The notes under the pieces were generated by a model. It worked only from the letters and a program-made list of their open reading frames with translations. It ran no database searches and was not told where the DNA came from. Made by a program: the position numbers and the translations under genes. Of a DNA stretch of 64,000 nucleotides, positions 1 through 14,765 are shown in pieces; position 1 is the first letter of the stretch, and each line of letters starts with the position of its first letter. The DNA is from Haliotis rufescens. Taxonomy: Eukaryota. The stretch is taken from assembly GCF_023055435.1 (NCBI RefSeq), contig NW_025963846.1, positions 21,886,001 through 21,950,000 on the forward strand. Reading direction: 5' to 3'.

Positions 1-1360
1 ACCGACTGGACAAAACCCAATATTGATCGACCATAAACAAAGGTAATAAAACTGACAGATTGATATGCACATCTTGATTAGGCAGGGGAGTTATTCCACA
101 TTCGCTGATATAAGTATCAATAACACTCCTGGTCTGAGCTGCGGTTATTCAACAAACAGTGATCAGGCCAATGCAATCGATGCTGTCTTCTCATGCAAGT
201 TCTTGAACGTTCTGATGTATGTTTAAGATGGAATAATATTCATATCTACCGGCGAACTCTCACTTGAGAGAATCTTCTTGCTGTGTGTCAATACTGCACC
301 ATCAACAAACCATCTTCAAATATCAAGCAACAAAATAAACAGGCCTGTACAAAAGGCTGGCAGGGAAATATGGATTCTGTTTTCATCATCGCACTCAGCA
401 ATATCGCTTTACAATGCAAGGAGGAGATTGAGATGGGGATCACACAAAGGGGAGAGACTACGCAGAGGTTGTGTAATTTGTTGCAAGTGTGTGGGGGATA
501 CAGCTGGAGAAACTTCGGCAGGTGAGCACAGGTGAGGTGGGGGGGGCGGGGGGGGGGGGGGATGAAGTAATCAACAGAGGAAGGGGGTAGCTATGGGTGA
601 AATGGAAGAAGTGGTGTAAATTGTTTCGAGTGAACATGATTTTACTGTCAAGGGGTGAATATGATATAGGAGAGATTTAGAACAATTTTACACCAAATTA
701 TCGAAAAAGTCCTCCTGAACATTTCTGCATGGTGTGGTTAAGATATTGCCACAAAGAAGGCATTGGGTAAAACAGGAAGTGAGGCTGTTGTTATGCCACT
801 CTCAATAACAGTCCAGCAATATCACAGTTGGGACACCAAAAACATTTTTATTCTATTTTACCCATGTGGAATTAAACTGGGTCTTCTGTGTCATGAGGCA
901 ATGTTTCAACCATTAGGCTACCAACGCCTCTTTAAACTAAGAACTAAGACTATGGACATGAACAAACTAATGTTGAAAACATGAATATGCATCTCGACGC
1001 CAAGGTAGCAGAATGGCATGCATGACGTATTGACACATAATGAGATTGCTATTAATGCTAAGTTGATATAGTGTGAACAAAAAGTTCTTTTGAGACAAGT
1101 AGTAACCGAAAAATGTGACTAACTGGTGTATGATGCTTGCATCCATCAAATGACTCTCATCCTTTGATGTCGTTAGATCTTACACCTTTTACAATAATCT
1201 AGGATTACATGCTATCCTATCAACAGTACAAAAAATATTGCCAAACACTCAACCTGTAAAATCAGTCACACTAAAGCTGGGTGGTAAAACACAAGGTCGT
1301 AACATCCTCCACCCTTTCATAAATCAAGATGTTACTGTACGCAGTTTCATTACAAGAGGA

Positions 1361-1524
1361 GTGAGTGAGAGAGTATGGTTTTACGCCGCTTTTAGCAATA
1401 TTCCAGCAATATCACGGCAGGGTACACTGGAAAATGGGCTTCACACATTGAACCTATGTGCGGAATCGAACCGGGTCTTCGGCATGTGAGTCAACGCTTT
1501 AAGTACTAGGCTACCTGACGCCCC
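1361..1524 (-). mobile_element. Family A tRNA-derived SINE, full length
   Basis: The reverse complement has A-box (TAGCCTAGTAC) and B-box (GGTTCGATTCC) regions, the shared 3' stem-loop and a (CTCA)n tail. Imperfect flanking repeat cattacaagagga/catcacaagaaga. Matches the copy at 32170-32333. Confidence 0.9.
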
Positions 1525-4484
1525 ATCACAAGAAGAAGTCACTGTCCTGACTTAGATTAACCACTGTCTACATTGACCCAGCAAGTGTTTCACCGATCAG
1601 CTGTATTATTAAAACAGAGGTTAAGTAAATATTCTTTGACTAAATCTAGCCCAGAGTTCAGACGGTTGGTAAATGTAACATGCCAAGATTTAGGGAGGAA
1701 ATAAGTTGTCCTTCCAGATTTACACGAGACTAGACAAACAGTCTGTCAGATAAGATGAGATATTTCTTATTGTCCAAACACCCTCATGAGTACCAAGTTT
1801 CTACAAATACTATCAACCAGAAATAATTTATGACACTTGGTTATAAGCAGAAAGAGCTTAATGTAGTGTGCAAAAAATAATCTGAATTCAACAAAGAGGA
1901 TAGGGCTTTCTGTTTCCTATTGATAAGTTTTCTGACAAACACTTTCTACCTATAAAGATACATCTGACTACACCTGGTGCCTTTTGGGTAAAATACTGGA
2001 ACACATCCTTCACTTTCTCCTAAGGTATCAGTGTGTGCTGTAGCTCTTGAAAGTAATTTAATTACAGGAGCCGATATCCCGATCACAACATACATGGTGT
2101 GTATTAGGCCAGCATGTTACACACGTGTGTCTCGAGCCAACCTCCAGTGGTTTGCACTCACACACCTAGCTACTCACTGTTAAATAGGTCATCTATGTCA
2201 CAGAGTTCTAAATCCTTCACATGGATGAATAGCCCTTTCCCACACTACCTGACAAGACACATTTGCATGTCAAGACGCAGGCATCTCAGCCCCATATTAA
2301 TAACTGGTGGAATAAACACAACACAAACCTGGGAGAGCAGGAGTGAGCACGCCTCTGGTATGACTCAACACTCAGGTATATCTGTATTTACGTCCCAACT
2401 GACGATACAAAGTTACACATGAAAAGAATAAATCAGCGTTACTACCACTGGCTACTGATTGAAAATGGAAAACCAAAACAAAGACATGAGGACTGACCTA
2501 AGTGAGTTCCCAAGTCAGCAACTGCATATCACAAGGGTTATCCACATTGTAGAAAACATTAGTGAATCCAGATGTATACTCCAAGCAAGAATAGATCCAC
2601 GAGATGAAGCTCCACCACTCCCTATGACGAGAGCAACCTAAATACACAGAGATCTCTCCTTGACAGGTCCGAAGTGAGTGGAACGCCTCACGGAGTGAAC
2701 ACAATAACTGCGGCCCGACAGACCACGCTGTAACAGTGTCTGTAACTGGCCTTACGCCAGTGAGCGACAGACAGACCGATAGGCTACGTCTCAATGCTCC
2801 ACGCGAGCCCCTCAACCCTGCCTGCTGGTATGGTTAAATACACAGTTCACACTGATAGGGCTAGCCTTGGAATGCCTTAGGCTCGTCAAACTTCAAGGTT
2901 TAATCACGATCAATGCAACGCCTAATCAAGAGAATACATATTCAGAATGAACGCTATCATGATAGCCTGGTTATGAACATCAGTGTTGTAGGACCTGTCA
3001 CTGGGAGAAAGGAGCGACTGAAACGCTCGGGGTCTGCAGTGATGTTAATTTAATTCAAATGTATAGTCTGTGTAGGTATCATGGGCATCTGTGAGTTCTG
3101 TATGATTCTACTGTATTCAAGGGTAATGCAATTAGATAGCGAGATGTCTCTGTGCTGTACTGGTGTGAAGGTTTCACTGTCCGGTGATGGAACTTGCCGT
3201 ACACGAAGGACTTCACTAGTTCTCCTCCCTGGCTATTGAAATTGGCCAGACCTTTGTCGTCAAGATAGACTCCAGACAAGTGTAATCAAAATCTCTGGCA
3301 ATCCATTTATCAATATGTGCACACATGTGCATGCAATTCCTCGATTAGCTGCTGATACACAATTTTAAAGGCTAAAAACTTCATGAATTTTAGATATACC
3401 TCATGGAAACGTGCAGCAAATTTCACAGCATGTGTGTGATAGATTTTTACCCTTTTTTTCCTAAGTTTCATAAAATTGGATAACACTGGCTGTCATGGCC
3501 GTATTTCCTGCTTCAGAAAATTTTCAAGAATTCCATTTTGATAAAATCGCTTGGAAATCAAATTTGAGAGGGCCAGGCCAGGGTTCTACCACACAGTGTT
3601 TGGGTCTGAACTATATTGATTGCATAAAGCCTTGCACAAAGAAGGCAAGCCAACCAGAACTGCTAGTCAGTTTATCCTCTACCAAAAACTACCATCTCTA
3701 TCACCACTCGTTAATGAGACAATTCACTTTATCTGCACCTGTGGCAGGGCTGTCCTCGTCACACTTTTTGATAATTACAATTAATAAGGGCTAAGATAAT
3801 TGAGGTCTAATGACCGGCTGACGGCTCCGCTCTACACTTAGATACACACAAGCCTTTGTTGCCAGGCCAGTCTTTGTAGAATCACAAACCATTTCATTCA
3901 AAGGCACAGCAATTATGAAATATTCAATATAGGATGCATTTTATTCTTTTTCGTCGTCGTTTTTCTTTTAAGTAATCAATGATAATCTGACTGGAATATG
4001 AAGGATATTGAAGTAATTACGATTAATTCAATATTTCTGCAATTCAGCTAATCTTGTCTTTATGGGCATTCATGGTAATGGGTAAAAAAGTTATGCATTA
4101 TTGCATATATGACGAATCTGATAGCATTAGTCTGGTTGTGATTAGATTTGCACTAGAGTCGCACAAAATACTGTCTAAATGTAGAGAGGAGAATTGATTC
4201 AAGCAGAAAACCTCTTTTTTAAGCCTCGTAATATTTGTTTTTTCTGAAATGGTGATTTCAGCGGGTGATCAATAACGCGGCAATCGTAACACGACTGTTC
4301 TTGATGACACTCTGATGACACGCTATATCAGACGAGCGTCGTGAACGAGGCACAGTTCCGCTGCTGGGGTGCTGCCTGGTTTTATGCAACGTTATAGCTG
4401 CATTAAATTGATCCACTGTTTTGTTTCCATTTCATTTTTCTATCCTCTCCTTTCATGACCCGTTAGATACAGAGCTGATAAACT

Positions 4485-4665
4485 GTGAATGAGTTGGGTT
4501 TGATGTTGTTTTACAGCATTTTAGTCATATCCCAGTCTGTCAGCTTGTTGTGTGAGAAAGTGGCCCAGGTCATAGACATCTACAACTGTGTCGGAACCCA
4601 AGGGTATGGTGCTGACAAACCAAGTATCATAATCAGGGCAAATCTGGGATTCAAACCCAAGACAC
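4485..4665 (-). mobile_element. Family E SINE, degraded and 5'-truncated
   Basis: Shares ggtatggtgctgacaaacc, gggcaaa..ggattc.aac and the tail region with 33859-34137. Confidence 0.7.
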
Positions 4666-6474
4666 AAATACTACCGCCACAATTTGAGAGTAATTACATA
4701 TCCCAAGGCACTTATATTGTGAAATAATGTCTGAATTTTCCTTTTAAACAGTTATAAAAAATTAATTATCTCCACACTTCATTCACTAACACAAGTCACA
4801 AATGCCTAAACCACAACACAGTTTAATCCTTTAATTTGATCAAAATGGGAGGGTGTAAAATTGCGCGATAAATAAAGCTGCTGTCACCAGCCGATGGGGT
4901 GACAGAAATAGGAGGTGTGACATTCTCTTGCTTAGATCCAGGACATACCTTTCAGGGTTTCTCCACAGAGAATGCAATAAAAGTGCGTCTCTCTGACCTG
5001 CACGTTCACCGTCCTCTCACCGTCCTCACAACGTGTCAACAGGACAGATTACTTCACTTTCCCTTGCAATCCAACAAAAACTAGGTTTGACTTACTTGCC
5101 AGGCATCTACGGATACCACAGTTATTTTTTATCCACGCTACGCTGCAGCGTCAGGACAGAATGCCATGCATTCCATACAGCAGGAAATAGCCCGACAGAG
5201 AAAAAAACCTGCCCTATGCTAATGATGTTAAAATATTGGATTCAAATAAACCTAAGTCAGCAAGTTAAAAAGATGTGTTCCCTGGATTAAGGAGGAAGGC
5301 TAACATCATCCATCACAACTGTTCAGGCTCAAGTTAAAAGTGATTCAAACACTGTCCAGTGGAAAGTTGACCCTTGAAATAACTGAGCTCCTAAAAGAGC
5401 CAGAGTGACCCTTCATGCTGCTATGATCCTATAGGTCATTCAATGTCTTTAAATCCTCACCAGGGGTTCACAAAGCCATAGGGCTATTTGAATCTTTATT
5501 CTTTTTCCTGTCACTCCCAGTTTTTATGAGCACGACACTCTCAAGAGGGGCATAACTTGACACAGCTAATTTGTGATCTCCCTCATTCAGCTGATGCCCG
5601 ACTCGACTCATCAACAGCCATCGTGGGTCATTTAGACACCAGATGACCTCTCCGTTGACACAGCACTTCTATTCACCCAATTTTCTTTACAATTCTGTGA
5701 TATTATTCATGGTTAGGGATATCTGACCAATAGCTATAAATCAATCAGGGAGCAAAGTAACCTTGTCCATCTTATGTGACATTTCATTGGACATACGTTG
5801 ATATTACGTTCATATATCTATCCTGTGTTGGAGAGAGTAAGAGTTGATTTAGATATGCCAATATCGATAACACATAAATCTGCCACACTGAAAATGGACT
5901 ATTAATCAGTAATATTACCCAAAATTATACAGCATAATTTCCTCTGGGAGTCATCAAATGCTGAATAAAGAATTTAATTGGGTAACACTGACATAAGGCT
6001 TGGCCAATAGCAGTGGCAACTATCTGTAATGATCTGGTACGATTTTTGACAAAAAGAAATTGACAATTTCCGAATTTAATGTCAGCAAATCCTTTATGTT
6101 TTTCTGTACAAATCCATGGGGATAACTGCTCATAACAGTCTCACTTTCTGAACAAGCAAGTTAAATATTGGGGAGAAAAATATAATTTCTTGAATGTGTT
6201 CAAAGCAGCACTGTTGGTTGAACTGTGTACGGGCCCATAAGGCTGATTCACTGTGGGAATGAGTGAGCGAGAGTGTGCGAGTTGCTTACGCTGCACTCCA
6301 GCCAGAATATAACTCCATAATTCCAGCCCAGTTCGGCAAGGGTTTAAACTGGACTTTTATAGTCAGTTAACTCCCTTGCCCCGGGAATATGTTGCCAGAA
6401 ATACTACAGCAGCGATATCATGTTGTGAGGCCGGGTCCAGACAAACCCGTTGTCCATGACACTTGGTATGGCAA

Positions 6475-6616
6475 TGTATGACCTGGTTGATGGTGTGTCT
6501 TTGTACCCAGACTGTGTGGAGGGGTGATCATGCTCCAACCACTGGTGGATCTGGTACAGATCTAATTGATCTTAGACTTCAGTTGAAGTACTGCATGAAA
6601 CAACGTTCACTCACTC
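6475..6616 (+). mobile_element. Old family B-related fragment
   Basis: Diverged match to the family B body (gacctggttgatg...ccactgg..tctggtacaga), ending in cactcactc. Confidence 0.4.
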
Positions 6617-6630
6617 GTCTGACAAGTGAG

Positions 6631-6958
6631 GTGAGGTGAAATTGGGTTTAACTTCGCGTCCAAGATTATTGCACTTATATAGCGACGTGCATGCACGTGT
6701 GTGTGTGGCTGCTTGTACTAGTCCGGACTGATGCCGATTTATAGTGCTAGCTCACTGAGATACCATGCCGCAGTGTAACATGAATACCCCACTCAGACAC
6801 AGTATACTGACTCCGAGCCATCCAGTCCTTGTTTGAGCCCTTTAATGCCGAGCGCCAGACAGGGTAACAACAAGTAGCATCTTTTAACGTCTTTTGGTTA
6901 ACGCGGCCGGGGATCGAACCCCAGACCTTCCGCTCTCCGGGCGGACGCTCTACCACAT
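6631..6958 (-). mobile_element. Family C tRNA-derived SINE (Meta/MESC-domain-like), near full length
   Basis: The reverse complement has TGGTAGAGCG...GGTTCGATCCC boxes, the core accaaaagacgttaaaagatg and a (CCTCA)n tail. Perfect 14-bp TSD gtctgacaagtgag at 6617-6630 and 6959-6972. Confidence 0.92.
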
Positions 6959-7106
6959 GTCTGACAAGTGAGTTGTGTCACATCAGAAATATATCAGTCA
7001 AACCTTGAGATGAATGGGGTAGTGATGAAGGAGTGTGGGGCAGATGTGGTGTAGGAGAGACTACATTTACATAAAGATAACCTGGGACTCAATTTGTGTT
7101 GAAGGA

Positions 7107-7722
7107 ATATCCCTCGTTCTACAGGGTACATGTATGTTGGCTCAATACCTCGTTCTACAGGGTACATGTATGTTGGCTCAATACCTTGTTCTACTGGGTA
7201 CATGTTTGTTGGCTCAATACCTCGTTCTACAGGGTACATGTATGTTGGCTCAATACCTCGTTCTACAGGGTACATGTATGTTGGCTCAATACCTCGTTCT
7301 ACTGGGTACATGTATGTTGGCTCAATACCTCGTTCTACAGGGTACATGTATGTTGGCTCAATACCTCGTTCTACTGGGTACATGTATGTTGGCTCAATAC
7401 CTCGTTCTACTGGGTACATGTATGTTGGCTCAATACCTCGTTCTACAGGGTACATGTATGTTGGCTCAATACCTCGTTCTACAGTGTTCATGTATGTTGG
7501 CTCAATACCTCGTTCTACTGGATACATGTATGTTGGCTCAATACCTAGTTCTACAGGGTACATGTATGTTGGCTCAATACCTCGTACTGCTGGGTACATG
7601 TATGTTGGCTCAATACCTCGTACTGCTGGGTACATGTATGTTGGCTCAATACCTCGTACTGCTGGGTACATGTATGTTGGCTCAATACCTCGTACTGCTG
7701 GGTACATGTATGTTGGCTCAAT
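7107..7722. repeat. 36-bp minisatellite, ~17 copies
   Basis: Unit ctcaatacctcgttctacagggtacatgtatgttgg. The last four units carry a gtactgctgg variant. It explains the four overlapping repetitive ORFs. Confidence 0.97.
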
Positions 7723-7724
7723 TA

Positions 7725-8068
7725 CCGTATTCGAGGTAATAAGCGCCCAGGGCACTTTCAAAATTAGAAATAGGGAGCTCTTATCAGAATATTATTTTGG
7801 GGAAAAAAGCTGAGTTCAAAGATAAATTTCATGGTTTATGCTGACAGCCTGAAATGTTTATATACTACAGATATATTTTTCCAGAATTTGATTGCCCATA
7901 ATTAAGGATGCATATAACACTCGAGTGCGTATTATAGGTGAATAAATAAGTCTTGTGTACATTGATTAATCGGAAGGGGTGCTTATTGGGATTGTTTACA
8001 AGCCAATATATTAGCAAATATGGCCGTGGGCGCTTATTAGAGGTGGGCGCTTATTACGTCGAATACGG
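7725..8068. mobile_element. Tc1/mariner-superfamily MITE (CCGTA termini, TA TSD)
   Basis: ~25-bp TIRs ccgtattcgaggtaataagcgccca / tgggcgcttattacgtcgaatacgg, flanked by TA on both sides. Second copy at 21524-21869. Confidence 0.9.
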
Positions 8069-9297
8069 TATATTGATTACCTGTAGTCATGTCTGTATCA
8101 CTTTCAACCGTAAATCGCCAGACCATTATGAATAATTCTAACAAATCAAGCAGCACCTTTGTTCAATGGACGATGTTTGACGACTTAGTCCCCAGACATT
8201 CATTATTAATCATGTGGAGGGTCATTTTACACATCTTTGCCTACAAATCACACTAAATGTCATATCTCTGTCTGAAGCCACTATATTGCTTCCTTCAGAT
8301 GCAGGACAAGTCTTCCAAGCGCCAACTGGTGACCATGTTTGCCCAACAAATGTTGGCCATGTTGACACCTCTGGTAACCATTTTTGTTAATTTCAGTTCC
8401 ATTTCACTCACAATTGGCCATATATCACACCAAGCAATATATTCACCTTCAAGGCTTCAGGAAAATCATTTTTCAAATTTTGTACGATATTGCGCCAAAT
8501 TTCTTGATTGCCACCATATTCCAAGTGACTGATCCCAATCAAGTGCCAGTGTTACGGGCGTGGATGTTACGAGTGTTTTGTCAGTCTACATGATGATGCA
8601 CGCGTGACTAGACTGTACATCGAGTACAGAGCGTAAATAATAATGGCCCTGGGATCGATATCTCACACCTGCCGGTAATAATAGACTCTGACAGGATCCT
8701 CTCTTTGTGAGGCAATCGCTAGTGTTGTAGACACCGCATACACACAACCAACGGCCTTTGTTTGCTTGCAGTGATACAATGTGCCACAAAGTCGGATAAT
8801 GTGAGGAAATATAGACAAAGTGTTTATCTTCATTGTTAGCACAGGACGAGAGTCTAAGTGTAACTTAAGATCAACAGATTGTATTCTGATTTAAAATTTA
8901 GCCACTGCAGTGAAAGGAATAGATCCATTACTTTCATTTGTTTGGTGAAAGTCTTTCATCTACTGCGCAATACTTAGCATACAATCCAAAAGTAATTTTC
9001 AAAACCATGTGCAACATGGGCTTGTAATCCCTACAATGACCAGGTAATAAACCCAGCTACCTTTCAGAAATAGTCATGAGTTATTCTTAAGCTGGAGATC
9101 ATGTCTACACCTTCAAATGGACTCTAAGTCTATCCAAGTTACAATTTCAACAGCTCTGAGCAGAAACATGAAGGCTCAATCAATCCAATTCAACATCCTT
9201 TCACAGATTCCCCTTTTCGCTGCTTGTGTAAGAGCCTCTCTGGGTTGGCTGCAACTGCACAAGACTAATAGCTTGAGTACGGCATCATCCCTGGTTT

Positions 9298-11615
9298 TTG
9301 AACAACCCACATTTCTCCTTTAACTCCAATGACTGGCAACTGAACAACCCACATTTCTCCTTTCACTCCAATGACTGGCTACTGAACAACCCACATTTCT
9401 CTTTTCACTCCATTGACTGGCTACTGAACAACCCACATTTCCCCTTTCACTCCAATGTCTGGCTACTGAACAACCCACATTTCTCTTTCACTCCAATGAC
9501 TGGCAACTGAACAACCCACATTTCTCCTTTCACTCCAATGACTGGCAACTGAACAACCCACATTTCTCTTTTCACTCCATTGACTGGCTACTGAACAACC
9601 CACATTTCCCCTTTCACTCCAATGTCTGGCTACTGAACAACCCACATTTCTCTTTTCACTCCATTGACTGGCAACTGAACAACCCACATTTCCCCTTTCA
9701 CTCCAATGTCTGGCTACTGAACAACCCACATTTCTCTTTTCACTCCATTGACTGGCTACTGAACAACCCACATTTCTCTTTTCACTCCAATGACTGGCAA
9801 CTGAACAACCCACATTTCTCTTTTCACTCCATTGACTGGCTACTGAACAACCCACATTTCTCTTTTCACTCCATTGACTGGCTACTGAACAACCCACATT
9901 TCTCTTTTCACTCCAATGACTGGCAACTGAACAACCCACATTTCTCTTTTCACTCCAATGACTGGCAACTGAACAACCCACATTTCTCTTTTCACTCCAT
10001 TGACTGGCTACTGAACAACCCACATTTCCCCTTTCACTCCAATGTCTGGCTACTGAACAACCCACATTTCTCTTTTCACTCCATTGACTGGCTACTGAAC
10101 AACCCACATTTCCCCTTTCACTCCAATGTCTGGCTACTGAACAACCCACATTTCTCTTTACACTCCATTGACTGGCAACTGAACAACCCACATTTCCCCT
10201 TTCACTCCAATGTCTGGCTACTGAACAACCCACATTTCTCTTTTCACTCCATTGACTGGCTACTGAACAACCCACATTTCTCTTTTCACTCCAATGACTG
10301 GCAACTGAACAACCCACATTTCTCTTTTCACTCCATTGACTGGCTACTGAACAACCCACATTTCTCTTTTCACTCCATTGACTGGCTACTGAACAACCCA
10401 CATTTCTCTTTTCACTCCAATGACTGGCAACTGAACAACCCACATTTCTCTTTTCACTCCATTGACTGGCTACTGAACAACCCACATTTCTCTTTTCACT
10501 CCATTGACTGGCTACTGAACAACCCACATTTCTCTTTTCACTCCATTGACTGGCTACTGAACAACCCACATTTCTCTTTTCACTCCAATGACTGGCAACT
10601 GAACAACCCACATTTCTCTTTTCACTCCATTGACTGGCTACTGAACAACCCACATTTCTCTTTTCACTCCATTGACTGGCTACTGAACAACCCACATTTC
10701 TCTTTTCACTCCAATGACTGGCAACTGAACAACCCACATTTTTCTTTTCACTCCATTGACTGGCTACTGAACAACCCACATTTCTCTTTTCACTCCATTG
10801 ACTGGCTACTGAACAACCCACATTTCTCTTTTCACTCCATTGACTGGCTACTGAACAACCCACATTTCTCTTTTCACTCCATTGACTGGCTACTGAACAA
10901 CCCACATTTCTCTTTTCATTCCATTGACTGGCTACTGAACAACCCACATTTCTCTTTTCACTCCATTGACTGGCTACTGAACAACCCACATTTCTCCTTT
11001 CACTCCAATGACTGGCAACTGAACAACCCACATTTCTCTTTTCACTCCATTGACTGGCAACTGAACAACCCACATTTCTCTTTTCACTCCAATGACCGGC
11101 AACTGAACAACCCACATTTCTCTTTTCACTCCATTGACTGGCAACTGAACAACCCACATTTCTCTTTCACTCCAATGACTGGCTACTGAACAACCCACAT
11201 TTCTCTTTTCACTCCATTGACTGGCTACTGAACAACCCACATTTCTCTTTCACTCCAATGACTGGGTCCTGAGCAACCCACATTTCTCTTTCACTCCTAT
11301 GACTGGCAACTGAACAACCCACATTTCTCTTTTCACTCCAATGACTGGCTACTGAACAACCCACATTTCTCTTTTCACTCCATTGACTGGCTACTGAACA
11401 ACCCACATTTCTCTTTTCACTCCATTGACTGGCAACTGAACAACCCACATTTCTCTTTTCACTCCAATGACTGGCAACTGAACAACCCACATTTCTCTTT
11501 TCACTCCATTGACTGGCAACTGAACAACCCACATTTCTCTTTCACTCCAATGACTGGCAACTGAACAACCCACATTTCTCTTTCACTCAAATGACTGGCT
11601 ACTGAACAACCCATA
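9298..11615. repeat. 42-bp minisatellite, ~55 copies
   Basis: Unit ctgaacaacccacatttctcttttcactccattgactggcta, with recurring variants and occasional 41-bp units. It is the source of the 564-aa ORF. Confidence 0.98.
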
Positions 11616-14615
11616 TTCAAACTTTAATTCAAATGACAGATATTTTAATTTTCAATCAACCCCCCCCCCCCCCAATGGAAATTAATATGAAACTAAACTA
11701 ATATGATTGAAAAGTACTAAACAGTTACTATTGTAACACTGCATTGAACATTAACCTTGGACTTTCATCCCAGTATGATCCTCATATTTGTCTCATTGAA
11801 AATACTCCTCCATCCCCCCCCCCCCCCTCCAGCTATATCAGGTAATGGTTTTAATGGTTTGTGACGGTGAGAACATCACAAAGAAATCAGGTCATTCACG
11901 AGGATAACTTCAACTGACTTATTAGGGCATGAAGCGCTTTGAAAGTGCTGGCGTGGGCCACTGTCTTCATCAGCTAATGAATGTAAAAACTTCAATCCTT
12001 AAATAATGAATAATGATACATGTAGGGATATCACTCACACACTCACACAAACTACAATATTACAACTGCTCTAGTGTTCAGCATGAACACTACATAGGCT
12101 GAACATGACTTACAAAGGTCAAGCTATTTCTGATATGTAAACCTTCAACAGACTTCATTAACTGCATATGTACACTAGTAATGGCTTACTTACTTACATA
12201 TAGAGGTATTGTCCACTGTACTCACAGAGAGGTATTGTCAAAGGCAGTACACCAGTATTGAAGGCCTTGTGTCATTGCTGGTGAGGGACTTGTCATGTTC
12301 AACAATGTTGCTGAGGTCAAGTAGGGTTATCACAAGGATGCAGGCCGGGAAGGGGGGTGGGGGGGCAGGGGAGGTGTACAAGAGGCAAGATGATACATAA
12401 TCATATCACAGGATGACAAGAGCCTGTAATGACGAGACCTCTACACTTGGGCCACTTCCTTCTGGTGTGCGTGCCTTTCACACAACACTTGGCTTTAAAT
12501 ATCATGGTATAAATACGCATGTTGTCACGGATAGGATAAGAATTAGGGAATATTTGTAATATGCATCACTCCCAGTATGGGACCTTATGACTGCCATTGC
12601 CATTGTCCGTGAAGTACGCCCACCTCAGTTTTACACACAGCAAGGTTTGAAATTGATCAGAAAATAGTGCCCAGGTACAGCGATATTCGCAACAACATAC
12701 CTTACATAACTGCTTGTTGTCTGAAGGCACACAAACATGTTTTTGAGCGTCCTGCGGCACATTTGTAACAAGATCATTTTTTTCTATCCCTAAATACGAT
12801 ATGAAGATATAAATATGATTCCTATCAAATTCCTATCTTTAGCATAATGTGGGAATGTTTAAATCACCTGGCTCACACATTGTCCCCATTCCTCGACAAG
12901 GACAACACTGACTACCAACCATCAGAACAAGTCAGATGACACACACGACGACACGCATGGACAAACCAAAACACTTCCCATCAACCAAAGTTGTCATATT
13001 TAGAATCTAATAACAAAAATACAAGCAGCAAAATCCATTAAAATTTCCTTCTCTGAAAAGATCAACCCAACCAAATGTTACAACATGAAAAGGCCCCACA
13101 ATGCTTCACAATGAAACTAAAGGACATGCTACCCGGCAACATAGACACCAGACCATAAACGCGGACACAGGCTATAAATGAGTGCCAGAATCAAGTGTCA
13201 ATCCAAGTGCCCCTAATAAAGTCATCCTCATTCACTGCTCCCTAAGACAGGCTTTAATTGTAGGGTTCATTTCCTGTGTGACATGGGTGCAATTGTATCA
13301 TTGCCCTGCCCCTCCCACCCCCAGCCCCGTCTATCACCAGGGGGCCCATTACTAGCCCTGCACTGCTTGGATAATGACAAAGGCACAATGCACCTCTTCT
13401 TTCAACATTATGCAATATCTTTTACCACTGACAATCTCAAGATACATTTGTCATCAAAGTTCTCCATGATCTGATACCTCTGAAACACCAAAATAACCCG
13501 GTCACAAGGAAGAGTTGCCCCTGGTGAGACATTAGCCAATATGTTGATATGATGTATTATGCATAAAAGGCGGTGTTTGTGGTCTTACCCCTTTAAGTGC
13601 CATCTATCACACATCAACATGACAATGACACACTCACCAGGATCAGTTCAAGGTTACATAGTTCACAATTTAACCAATCAAACAGCATAAAAATAGAACG
13701 ACAAGTGACACATCTACAATTTACTGATATCTCACAGATCTTGCAGCTAATGATGTATTTGACGGCACACCCACTTTGATGAAATCACAAGGTGATTTAT
13801 TTGAAAGCATAATCATACATTAATCGGGTAGCAACAACGTTCTTGTCACGTTGAGGGTTAATTACTTTCATCTCAATACCTTAAGGGTTAATCAAGCCAT
13901 CATCACCTTAAATGTTATTTACACCTCCCTCCAGGTAGAAATCTTTCACCTTCTGAATGTACAAGCCTAGTTTTTCCTTGCTCTACACAGGGCCATTAGC
14001 GCAGGTGTTGAAAGATCCCGCACACCTTGTAGAGAAACTCCACCAGCCATTCATGTTCCCCAGTCGGTGAGGAGATAGGGATATATTAGAAAGATGTATT
14101 ATATCACTGTAATTCAGTCAGACAGCGCCTATAGGCAACTTATGTTTTTTTTGGTCATAATTCATGCCTGTTCTATCAACAAGTGCCATTACATCGACGC
14201 TGAGCTCGACAGCTTACCAAGCATGAAGCAAGTCCACCTTAGTTTCTATGAGAAGCAATAAGCTTGCTGAATATCACCCAATATCACCTGCTCTGAAACT
14301 CTATATCTTGATGGCTTTCCACACCACCAAACACAGCTTCTTTTCAGTTGATAAACATCTTTTGTCCACACTTTGAAGAGTGAGGATCTATCCACATGCA
14401 ATATTATAATTGTTCCTGGTCCAGCCCGGCCTGCAATGCTTGTCCCTTTCAGCAGTATCATTGGGGGTGACGCAGGATCAGTAAGTCAATGAGCAGGCTT
14501 GGGTCAGGATGAGAACTGGCCAAAGAAGGATGGTTTCGGGTAGAAGAGAGTTAGTGAGGGAATTGGAGGGGGATTGGAGGATTGTTTAATGAAAACTGGA
14601 TTGTCAGGATGAGAA

Positions 14616-14765
14616 TGAGTGAGTATTGTTTTACGCCGCTTTAAGCAATATTCCAGCAATATCATGGCAGGGACACCAGAAATGGACTTCACACATTGTA
14701 CCCATGTTGGGAATCGAACCCGGGTCTTCAGCGATTGCTTAAACCACTTGGCTACCCGACCACCC
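14616..14765 (-). mobile_element. Family A SINE with 14-bp TSD
   Basis: Family A sequence flanked by tgtcaggatgagaa at 14602-14615 and 14766-14779. Confidence 0.92.

Noticed and set aside
536-561. Poly-G run (and poly-C at 11660-11673 and 11814-11827) as functional G-quadruplexes
   Set aside because: Simple homopolymers with no supporting context, and their lengths are error-prone.
6994-7813. Four overlapping 150-255 aa ORFs
   Set aside because: All come from the 36-bp minisatellite, which is open in several frames on both strands.
9463-11157. 564-aa ORF (NVGCSVASQWSEKR)n
   Set aside because: Read-through of a stop-free 42-bp unit. Nucleotide-level homogeneity, frameshifting edge units and no unique domain.
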